Made by a program: the position numbers and the translations under genes. A model generated the notes under the pieces. That model saw only the letters and a list, made by a program, of their open reading frames with translations. It searched no databases and was not told where the DNA came from. From Clostridiales bacterium (lineage in GTDB: Bacteria > Bacillota > Clostridia > Lachnospirales > JAISYE01), in assembly GCA_031297485.1 (NCBI GenBank), contig JAISYE010000067.1, forward strand, positions 1 through 40,693: a stretch of 40,693 nt of DNA. Reading direction: 5' to 3'. Position 1 is the stretch's first letter, and each line of letters opens with the position of its first letter. This document shows, one piece after another, positions 18,908 through 26,685 of this stretch.

Positions 18908-19663
18908 CTAAATAACGTAATTATTGCCAATATTAACTCGCGAGATAAACTGCTTCGCCCGTTCTGTTTTCGGCGAGCCAAAGACAGCTTTCGGCGTGCC
19001 TTCCTCTATAACGCTGCCGTCGTCAAGAAACAGTACCTTGTCTGCGATTTCATACACAAAATTCATCTCATGGGAAACGATAATCATTGCGTGCTTGCGC
19101 TCCGCGGCAATTTTTTTGATAACCGACAAAACTTCCGCTATCATCTCAGGGTCTAGGGCACTGGTCGGTTCGTCCAGCAGCAGAGCCTTCGGGTTGAGCG
19201 CAATGCTGCGCGCAATGGCGACACGCTGCTGCTGACCGCCGGAAAGTTTGTCCGGATAATACTCGACGCGGTCGCTAAGCCCGACTTTGTCAAGCAGCTC
19301 GCGGGCGGCGTTTTCAGCCTGGGCTTTCGGAGTTTTGCGCACTGTTATAAGCCCTTCGGTAACATTTTCAAGCGCGGTTTTATACTTAAATAAGTTAAAG
19401 TTTTGAAATACCATCGCGGTATTGCGCCGCATATACATAATGTCCTGCTTAGTGGCCTTGGAAGCGTCAAAGGAGTACTCGTCAAGGCGCATGGCGCCCT
19501 CGTCCGGCATCTCAAGAAAATCGACGCACCTAAGCAGCGTGCTTTTACCACTGCCTGACGCCCCGATTACCGCGACGACCTCGCCGTTTTCGGCCGTCAG
19601 GTCAATGCCTTTAAGAACATGGTGCTTATTAAACCATTTTTGCAGACCCGATAGCTGAAGCAC
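18908..19663 (-). CDS. Polar amino-acid ABC transporter ATP-binding protein
   Basis: GASGSGKS, LSGGQQQR, LLLDEPTSALDPE; GTG start at 19663, 8 nt after GGAGG. Confidence 0.92.
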   Translation of the reverse strand: MLQLSGLQKWFNKHHVLKGIDLTAENGEVVAVIGASGSGKSTLLRCVDFLEMPDEGAMRLDEYSFDASKATKQDIMYMRRNTAMVFQNFNLFKYKTALENVTEGLITVRKTPKAQAENAARELLDKVGLSDRVEYYPDKLSGGQQQRVAIARSIALNPKALLLDEPTSALDPEMIAEVLSVIKKIAAERKHAMIIVSHEMNFVYEIADKVLFLDDGSVIEEGTPKAVFGSPKTERAKQFISRVNIGNNYVI

Positions 19664-21011
19664 TGGCTTCACCTCCCTTTGGCGCCCGCTCGTTGCACTT
19701 AAGGTGCCTTTCCCACATGTTAAGCAGTTTGCTGACCACAAACGTAATCATCCAATAGATAATCGCGAGCGTGACGTACATCTCGAAGTAGCGGTAATCC
19801 ATCTGACTCAGCAGCTGGCCCTTACGTGTCATTTCCACGACGGACACGGTAAAAGCAAGGCTTGTGCCCTTAATCATACTGATATACGCGTTGCCGAGGC
19901 TGGGCAGCGCGATAACCAGCGACTCCGGTATAATTATGCGCCGCAAGGTCTGCCACGTACTCATGCCGATACTGTGCGCGGCTTCAATCTGCCCTTTGTC
20001 AACCGCTTGAATTGCCGCGCGGATGGCTTCCGACGAGTACGCCGCGTCGTTTAAGGCAAGGGCCACAAGCGCGAAGGTAATACGAGGGATTTCGTTAATA
20101 AACGCCGTGTCGGCGCCGAGAGCCTTAAGCGCCATCGGTATGCCGTACAGCGTGGCGTAAAGCTGAATAACAATCGGCGTGCCGCGCGTAAACGAAACAT
20201 ATGCCGACGCGATATGGCGCGCCACCGGCACGCGCTTCACCTTAACAATCGCCACAATAAACGCCACGAGAAGGCTGGCGAACATCGAAACCGTAGCGAT
20301 ATACAGCGTAATCGGCAGATATGCGAGTATAGGGGGAATGCGTTCGAAAATCAGCAGCGCATCAAACATCGGCGAACTTTTGTAGCGCAGGCCGGCGCTT
20401 TCGTTTAACAAAATCGTGCCGAGCCGCTGCGCCGAAAAGGTCCAACGCGCGTCCCCAAGCGCTTCAAAATCGGCTTTTGCCTGAAGCGCGGTTTTATACT
20501 TTTCATCGTCCGGACTGCCGTCCTTTTGGGTGAATCCGGCGGGGTCCGGCTCCGTAAACGTGAATTGCACTATACTGTCCGTTTTGACGTATGTACCCGG
20601 AACGTTGACGAAGCCGTATTTGTCGTCGGTGTGAATATAGAACCCTGTGCCGGTGAACTTAACGTACTCGCTTTTCCCTTCAAACTCACGGGTCGAGCTG
20701 TTGTACACCTGCAAATAGTAGTCGCCCGACAGCCGGTCTGCTAACCCGCAGGCCGACAGGGACAGCGCGGCGGCAATCATTACGAGCGCCGCCCGAATCC
20801 AACCGCGGGGGCGGCCGGAATTTTCGCCGCCTAAGGGTGATTTGTCCGTTGCCGCGCCCAAGAGACAACCCGCCGTTAGCTTGTTCGCCGGGTTCTTTAT
20901 TGTGCCCGCCCGAAAATTTTGAAACCTGCCGGGTCCCGGGCAGGTTTCAACGCTGGTTCCGCGCGGCGGGACTTCTGACGCGAAACCTTTTGCTGCTTTA
21001 ATTGCGCTCAT
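19629..21011 (-). CDS. Polar amino-acid ABC permease (HisM/TcyB type) with N-terminal lipoprotein-like extension; start uncertain (21011 or 20780)
   Basis: 'FTRGTPIVIQL', EAA loop 'GQIEAAHSIGMS', 'KGTSL'; upstream 'AALSLSACG' lipobox plus a soluble domain of about 120 aa. Confidence 0.85.
   Translation of the reverse strand: MSAIKAAKGFASEVPPRGTSVETCPGPGRFQNFRAGTIKNPANKLTAGCLLGAATDKSPLGGENSGRPRGWIRAALVMIAAALSLSACGLADRLSGDYYLQVYNSSTREFEGKSEYVKFTGTGFYIHTDDKYGFVNVPGTYVKTDSIVQFTFTEPDPAGFTQKDGSPDDEKYKTALQAKADFEALGDARWTFSAQRLGTILLNESAGLRYKSSPMFDALLIFERIPPILAYLPITLYIATVSMFASLLVAFIVAIVKVKRVPVARHIASAYVSFTRGTPIVIQLYATLYGIPMALKALGADTAFINEIPRITFALVALALNDAAYSSEAIRAAIQAVDKGQIEAAHSIGMSTWQTLRRIIIPESLVIALPSLGNAYISMIKGTSLAFTVSVVEMTRKGQLLSQMDYRYFEMYVTLAIIYWMITFVVSKLLNMWERHLKCNERAPKGGEASASAIGSAKMV
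20815..20898 (-). mobile_element. 84-bp family C element, in frame within the permease 5' region
   Basis: Minus strand aaagaacccggcgaacaag...gcgaaaattccgg; translated as KNPANKLTAGCLLGAATDKSPLGGENS. Confidence 0.75.
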
Positions 21012-21032
21012 TATCCAATCCCTGCTCCGCCT

Positions 21033-21953
21033 TTAATTGTTAAACCACTCAGGCAGGCCGTCCTCGCCGAACCACTTTATAGCAAGCTCGCGGATTGTAC
21101 CGCTTTCACGCAGAGTAATAATCGCTTCATCAACCGCGTCGGCAAGGGCCTGACCGTCTTCTGTTTTAGGATAGATATACCATCCGAGCGGGTCCTCAAT
21201 CTGCTGCGCTTCCTCGTCCGGGAGGCTGACAATACGCAGCGACTCGAATTGTTCCGGGTAGCTTTGGCGGCGGATTTTCAACCCCCAGTACTCCGAAAAT
21301 GCGAAGTCCACAACGCCGTTAATTAAATCCTCAAACCCCACCGCTCCGTCGATACCGCTTGTCACCGCGATAATCGGATTATCCGGGTGCTCCTTGTTAT
21401 ATGTGTCAACAAAAATATCCGAATACAGCCCGGACCCGGAGACATAAACCTTTTTGCCGCCCAGGTCGTTAACGGAGTTTATTGCTGTGTCGTCAATGCG
21501 CGTAACAATAACCTGGCCGTTAAAGGTATAGGGTTCCTTGCCGAACAGCCACTGGGCTTCGCGTTCCGGCTTCTTGGTGATATTGTTTACGCCCATTTGG
21601 TACAGTCCCGCGTTAATCCCTGTGAAAATCGCGGGGAAATCGGTTACTTGAAACTCGAATTCGTACTGCGGCAGCAGTTTGTCTACCTCGGCGATAACGT
21701 CCCGGTCATAGCCTATATAGTTCTCGCTGCCGTCTTCTTGATAGGAGTACGGTTTTGGGCCGCCGGAGTTGCCGATCAGGATTTTGGTGACATTAACGGG
21801 TTCTTCCGCCGGAGCGGAACTCTCGGCGGGGGGCGCGCTGGCCGTGGCCGACGGCGCGGCGCCGCTGCAGGACGCAAGCGCGAAGATTGCGGCAAGCGCG
21901 AGCAGAATTGCTAAACTGTGGGGGCGAACTGTGTTCGCCAGTAACTTTTTCAT
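21033..21953 (-). CDS. Amino-acid ABC substrate-binding lipoprotein (SBP family 3, cystine/S-alkyl-cysteine type)
   Basis: Lipobox 'LASC', 'PKPYSY', 'GYD', 'NNITKKPERE', 'LAIKWFG'. Confidence 0.88.
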   Translation of the reverse strand: MKKLLANTVRPHSLAILLALAAIFALASCSGAAPSATASAPPAESSAPAEEPVNVTKILIGNSGGPKPYSYQEDGSENYIGYDRDVIAEVDKLLPQYEFEFQVTDFPAIFTGINAGLYQMGVNNITKKPEREAQWLFGKEPYTFNGQVIVTRIDDTAINSVNDLGGKKVYVSGSGLYSDIFVDTYNKEHPDNPIIAVTSGIDGAVGFEDLINGVVDFAFSEYWGLKIRRQSYPEQFESLRIVSLPDEEAQQIEDPLGWYIYPKTEDGQALADAVDEAIITLRESGTIRELAIKWFGEDGLPEWFNN

Positions 21954-22093
21954 GGTTATCCTCCTCTTATTTTATACCGCGGACGGTCAAAGTCACAGCC
22001 CTGTTACACTCAGTGTCCGCCCAGGCAGGCCTCGCGTTTACACAGAGGCGACATCGCCTGTCCGCGGGGCGCGGGCGAAAAAAAACCAACCGC

Positions 22094-22177
22094 AAAGAAC
22101 CCTGCGGACAAGCTAACGTTGGGTTGTCCTTTAGGCGCGAAGCGCCGTAATAGCTTCGCGAAAACTCCAAATTCCGG
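22094..22177 (+). mobile_element. 84-bp family C element, intergenic
   Basis: aaagaaccctgcggacaag...ggcgcgaagcgcc...aaattccgg. Confidence 0.7.
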
Positions 22178-22189
22178 TATGGTAAATTT

Positions 22190-23320
22190 TCAGACATTCG
22201 TATCCACCGCCTTTACTATTCTGTCTATAGCCTCACTAAGCCTCGCGCGGCTTGTCGCAAAGTTTACGCGGACGAACCCTTCGCCGCCGCCGAAATCCGC
22301 GCCGCCTGCCAGCGCGACCTTCGCGTTGTCCCTCAGGAATTTTACTGTGTCGCCAAGCCTATATTCCGTAAGGTCAACCCATTGCAGAAACGTCGCCTCG
22401 TTGTTGGTAAGCCGGCATTTCGGCAGGCGCGCGCGAAACTCGCGCCGCAAAAAATCCCGGTTCCCGCGCAGATGATTGAGCTGCTCCTTTTTCCACTCGT
22501 CGCAGCGTTCGCTGAACGCGCCCGCAATCGCGGCGGCGTTAAGCCCGCTGACACCGCCGCGTCCAAAGGCGCGTTTAACTGTGCCGCGCAGCGTCTCGTC
22601 CGGCACAACGGCTATCGCGCCGCGAATCCCGGGCATGTTGCAGACCTTGCCCGCCGCAATCAGCGTCACCGAATTCGGCTCAATGTCGAACCAGGGCGTG
22701 TGCTTGCCGTCAAAGACAAGCTCACAGTGTATTTCGTCCGATATTGTGACTAACCCGCGGCGGCGCGCAAAGTCCGCCAGAGCGGAGAGTTCGTCCCGGG
22801 TATAAACATACCCGATGGGGTTGTGGGGGTTGCACAGAAAAAACGTGCCCGCGCCCGCGGATTTAGCGGTCAATGCGTCAAAATCACAGCGATACGCCAG
22901 CGTACCGTTCTCCCTTGTCTCGCTCAGCCTGGCGCGGTGGGCGCGTCTGCCGGCCCGTTCCGGCGCCGTAAGCATCAGCGAGTAACCGGGTTCCGCGACC
23001 AGCACGCCGCCCTCCGCAATACACGCCAGAGTCTCGAAGGCAGGGACAATCCCCGGAATAGGTACAAGCCACTCCCGCGGCACTGTCAGCCCGAACTTGC
23101 GGCTGTACCAGTCCGACACGATGCCGAGCAGGCCGAAGTCGTTCCAACCATAGCCCAATGTCGGCATGGAGCCGGTAAGCTCATTAATCGCGTCCAGCAC
23201 AGGCGGCGCCGTAGGCCAATCCGCGTCGGCAATCCCCATGCCGATTGTCCCCTCCGGTATGGTGTCCCACTTTATTGACGCTGTCCCCCGCCGTTCGGCG
23301 AGCTTTTCAAAAAACGACAT
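22190..23320 (-). CDS. patB: PatB/MalY-family PLP-dependent C-S lyase (cystathionine beta-lyase-like)
   Basis: 'RRGTASIKWD', 'MGIADADW', 'LCNPHNPIG', 'SDEIH', 'AAGKVCN', 'RVNFAT'; ATG 23320 after AAGGAG. Confidence 0.88.
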   Translation of the reverse strand: MSFFEKLAERRGTASIKWDTIPEGTIGMGIADADWPTAPPVLDAINELTGSMPTLGYGWNDFGLLGIVSDWYSRKFGLTVPREWLVPIPGIVPAFETLACIAEGGVLVAEPGYSLMLTAPERAGRRAHRARLSETRENGTLAYRCDFDALTAKSAGAGTFFLCNPHNPIGYVYTRDELSALADFARRRGLVTISDEIHCELVFDGKHTPWFDIEPNSVTLIAAGKVCNMPGIRGAIAVVPDETLRGTVKRAFGRGGVSGLNAAAIAGAFSERCDEWKKEQLNHLRGNRDFLRREFRARLPKCRLTNNEATFLQWVDLTEYRLGDTVKFLRDNAKVALAGGADFGGGEGFVRVNFATSRARLSEAIDRIVKAVDTNV

Positions 23321-23346
23321 CCAAATCGCTCCTTCAGGGATGTGTG

Positions 23347-23409
23347 AATAACATATATGACATATATTTATTATATGCGCAGTGTAATACAAAGAGGAAA
23401 GTTTGTCAA
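23347..23409 (-). promoter_or_regulatory. Sigma-A promoter and downstream palindromic operator candidate of the patB operon
   Basis: TTGACA (23404-23409)-17 nt-TACACT (23381-23386); imperfect palindrome aataacatatatgacatatatttatt at 23347-23372. Confidence 0.6.
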
Positions 23410-23517
23410 GAGAAAAAAATCGGCAGATGTCAGGGAAAGAAGTTTAAGTCTATATCAGAAGCGCAAAATACAGCGCAAAAAATTTAAGGTCTGTGTCTAT
23501 TCAGAGGCGTAAGATAG

Positions 23518-23720
23518 TTGTCCGTCGGTTCTTTAATGAGCGCGCGCGAAGCGCAAGAAGGGGTCTGGGGATGAAATCCCCAGCGGGGTTTGGGGCCAAC
23601 GAACAAACCATCGTTAGACCCCTAACGGTGAACTGTCCGTTGGTTTTAAGGTTTTGACCTTTCCCAAGCCTTAAATTCGCGCCAATGGGGTCAACCCGCC
23701 CGTTTGCCACTAACGGTGAT
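23518..23720 (+). repeat. Family A repeat joined to a family C end
   Basis: Collinear with 1294-1420 and reverse-complementary to blocks in 15560-15733. Confidence 0.85.
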
Positions 23721-23800
23721 TACGAATATGCTCGCGCAGGTTTCGCCTATAGGCATAGCAGGGGAGGGTGAGGCTTGAAAAATGAGTTTGGAATTTTCGC
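23721..23800 (+). repeat. Degenerate copy of the glycoside hydrolase 3' end (35320-35398)
   Basis: Manual alignment gives 69/80 identical columns, including tttcgcctatagg and cttgaaaaatgag. Confidence 0.85.
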
Positions 23801-23905
23801 CTCAAAGAGCGCGGCGAAAACGGCCTAACGGTAATTTGCCCGTTGCCGCGCCCAACGGACAACCCTAACGGTGAACTGTCCGTCGGGTTTTTCGCCAGGT
23901 TCTTT
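23790..23905 (-). mobile_element. Family C element with inserted 21-nt modules
   Basis: Begins ggaattttcgc and ends ggttcttt, the reverse complements of the family C ends. Confidence 0.7.
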
Positions 23906-23945
23906 AGTGTGATAGTCACTGAGATTCTTTGCCGCGAACATAGGT

Positions 23946-24734
23946 TTACTTGTTTTTGTTAAGCATACTTGTCGGCGTACACCCGTAATATTTAGAAAAG
24001 GCCGCTTCAAAGTATGAGTATGTCGAATACCCCGTTTGCTCGGCCACAGCCGTCACACTGACGGCTGTGCCGTTTAAAAGCCGTTTGGCAAGTTCCATTC
24101 TTTCCATAATGATAAAACGTTTAATGGAGACGCCTTTTTCCCGCTTAAAAACTCGGCTGATATAATCTTCGTTTAGAAAATACCTGTTGGCAATCTGTGT
24201 TACGCTTAAATCTTCGTCTGAAAGGTGTGACAGTATATAGGCGGTTACCTCGCCGGTAAGGTCTTTCGGCGTTAAAGGTTTTTGCTTGTCTTGCGTCTTT
24301 TCCCGTTTTTCATTCAGCCATTGCGCGCCGTATTTTGCGATTTGTCTGTTTTCACGAGCCGCGAGTATTTTTTGCGCGGACTTTTGTACGGTTTCGGCTA
24401 TATTTTCATACGGAGCAGGGGTTAGTATATAGTCCTCGCAACCTAATCGGATAGCTTCTTGCGCATACTCAAATTTGGCGTGGCAAGTTAAAAAGACGAT
24501 AGCAGCGTCCGCGCCGCTCGCCCGTACTTTTCTTATAAATTCAATACCGTTTTCGCCGGGCATTTCTATGTCGCACAAAATAACATCCACAGTTTGCGAC
24601 GACATAATATTCAGAGCCTCGGCAGTGTTGTGCGCTTCGTATACATCGCCCGCAATGCCGTAATTTTGCCAGTTTACGGCGGCGAGTAAGGCTTTTATTG
24701 CTATTATTTCATCGTCAACTATTAACAGGTTCAT
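23946..24734 (-). CDS. YesN-type response regulator (REC plus AraC HTH)
   Basis: 'LLIVDDE..CDIEMPGENG', C-terminal 'YISRVFK..VAEQTGY..YF..F..YG.TP'. Confidence 0.92.
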   Translation of the reverse strand: MNLLIVDDEIIAIKALLAAVNWQNYGIAGDVYEAHNTAEALNIMSSQTVDVILCDIEMPGENGIEFIRKVRASGADAAIVFLTCHAKFEYAQEAIRLGCEDYILTPAPYENIAETVQKSAQKILAARENRQIAKYGAQWLNEKREKTQDKQKPLTPKDLTGEVTAYILSHLSDEDLSVTQIANRYFLNEDYISRVFKREKGVSIKRFIIMERMELAKRLLNGTAVSVTAVAEQTGYSTYSYFEAAFSKYYGCTPTSMLNKNK

Positions 24735-26403
24735 AATCTTCTTCCTTTTTCGGGATAATGATACTTACTATACTGCCTTTCCGTAACTCGGACTCGGCTT
24801 CCACTTTGCCGTCTCCGCCGTAAAAATACCGAATCCGCTTGTAGGAATTATATATGCCTATGCGGAAAGATTTACCTTCACCCGTATCAAAAGTACCGTT
24901 GTTTATTTGCGTTACGGTTTCCGGAGGCATACCCGCGCCATCGTCTTGTACCCGTATATGCGCTTTGCCGTTAAATATACTTGTTTTAATATTGATATTG
25001 ATAAAGTCCTTACCCGCCATAGCGTGTTCAAAAATATTTTCCACAAAATTATGAACCAGCAAAGGCGGCACAAGATAAGCAAGCGTTTTTTCCTCAATAT
25101 CAAGCACGGCCTTAAACTTACAGGGATAACGTATCGAGGATATTTCTAAATATTGGCGTATAAGCTCAATTTCCTTTTCAAGAGGTTCAAGGTCGGCGTC
25201 ATTACGGAAAATATAGCGGAAATAGTCCGAAAGGTACAACGCCAGCTTTTGAACGTCCGCTGTTTCGCCTATTTGCGCAAGCCCATACACCAGCTTAAAC
25301 ATATTAAGCAAAAAATGCGGACGTATCTGTAACTGTAAATTGCGCAGCATAATTTTTTGGTGCGCCATTTCTTTTTCATAGTTTTCAATTTTTAGTTGGT
25401 CTATGCTGTCCACCATTTCGTTAAACGCCCTGTTTATTATAATAAATTCTTTCGCGTATTTGTGGTGTGAACCTATGCGGTATTCTCTGTCGCCGGATTT
25501 TAGCCTTAAAATAGCTTTGTGTATTTTATTGAGAGGACGAAGCAAAGCTCGGTTTAACACAAACAACAGAACAGGTATAAGTGCCAAGTATAAAAACGCC
25601 AGCACTATTCCGAACCATTGGATAAGCGGTAAAGTCTTGATAATTTCTATTTCGGTAGTTTCAATTGAAAGGCTTAAATCAATGCGGCCGGAACTGCTTG
25701 TAACGCGGATAACGCCCTTTTCGGCGGCGGCAACCGGCGAAGAGCTTACAGTTACGCTTATGCCGTTATATGCGGCGGCTTCTTTTAACGCGTTTACCGA
25801 CTGGTCTATTGAAATAACCGCCCCATAGTAAAAACCTTTGAACTCGTTTATGTAAATAAGCCATTTTTGTTCGTTAATATCGACCAAACTCCAGCGTTTA
25901 GCCAAGTAAACGCCTTCGTTTTTAATATAACCGGCTACGGCGCTGCGATATTCTTGGCTGGGCGAGTGCCAAGTCCCCGAAGATGTTGAGCGTTGTAATA
26001 AAACAAGTAAAAAATCGCCCGACTGCTTGCCATAAGTAAAATAACCGTCCGCATTGCCGATTGTTTCTATGTTAGTTCGCAACCGCGCCGCCATTTGTGT
26101 TTTCGCGAGTGTATATGCGTCGTCGCCACCTTGATGTATTAGCCTTATAAACGCCGCGTCCCGTTCGGACAAGTCATATAAATAATAGTTTACGCCGGAT
26201 AATTGATTATCCAAATCCTGTATATAAAAATTGGCCATATTTTCAAGCGAAACACGCCCTTGTTCTATAACCACAGCAATGGATTGAACCATGGAAACAA
26301 TTACAAGCGCGTTCAGCGGTAAAATGGTTAACAAAATTATAATTACAATTTTATTTGTTATGCCGCCGACCAAGCTTTGAATCATATTTTTCAACAGAAC
26401 CAC
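24715..26403 (-). CDS. YesM-type sensor histidine kinase
   Basis: Two TM helices, HAMP, 'LQLQIRPHFLLN', 'FVENIFEHA', 'DDGAGM', 'IGIYN'. Confidence 0.92.
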   Translation of the reverse strand: MVLLKNMIQSLVGGITNKIVIIILLTILPLNALVIVSMVQSIAVVIEQGRVSLENMANFYIQDLDNQLSGVNYYLYDLSERDAAFIRLIHQGGDDAYTLAKTQMAARLRTNIETIGNADGYFTYGKQSGDFLLVLLQRSTSSGTWHSPSQEYRSAVAGYIKNEGVYLAKRWSLVDINEQKWLIYINEFKGFYYGAVISIDQSVNALKEAAAYNGISVTVSSSPVAAAEKGVIRVTSSSGRIDLSLSIETTEIEIIKTLPLIQWFGIVLAFLYLALIPVLLFVLNRALLRPLNKIHKAILRLKSGDREYRIGSHHKYAKEFIIINRAFNEMVDSIDQLKIENYEKEMAHQKIMLRNLQLQIRPHFLLNMFKLVYGLAQIGETADVQKLALYLSDYFRYIFRNDADLEPLEKEIELIRQYLEISSIRYPCKFKAVLDIEEKTLAYLVPPLLVHNFVENIFEHAMAGKDFININIKTSIFNGKAHIRVQDDGAGMPPETVTQINNGTFDTGEGKSFRIGIYNSYKRIRYFYGGDGKVEAESELRKGSIVSIIIPKKEEDYEPVNS

Positions 26404-26573
26404 CTCTTAATTTATACTAAGGAATTTCATTCGCTCCGCACCTGTATACCGCGCGCCCGCGCAATTGAATCACCGGCAAGTGTCATCAGGATACGGTATA
26501 TTCTATATTGTTTATCTTCATTGTCAAGGCTGTTTAACCAAAAAGTCCACGCCAAACGCACAGTAATTAAGAA

Positions 26574-26602
26574 AAGTCGGAAAGTCTAAAATTCAAGTCG
26601 GA
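26574..26602 (+). promoter_or_regulatory. Direct repeat AAGTCGGA, 21 bp apart; candidate binding site for the AraC-type response regulator
   Basis: Copies at 26574-26581 and 26595-26602, immediately upstream of TTGCAT (26606-26611). Confidence 0.55.
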
Positions 26603-26685
26603 TTTTTGCATATACCCGAGAATAAATTGTAGTTATATTGTTTTTGGAGATGTTGAAATTAAAAAATTTTTTAGGAGGGGTATGT

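Noticed and set aside
19629-19663. 35-bp overlap between permease and ATPase genes
   Set aside because: Most simply a short C-terminal extension or translational coupling; no sign of programmed frameshifting.
21954-23410. T-box or SAM-I riboswitch for the sulfur operon
   Set aside because: No T-box (TGGNACCGCG) or SAM-I core consensus found in either leader.
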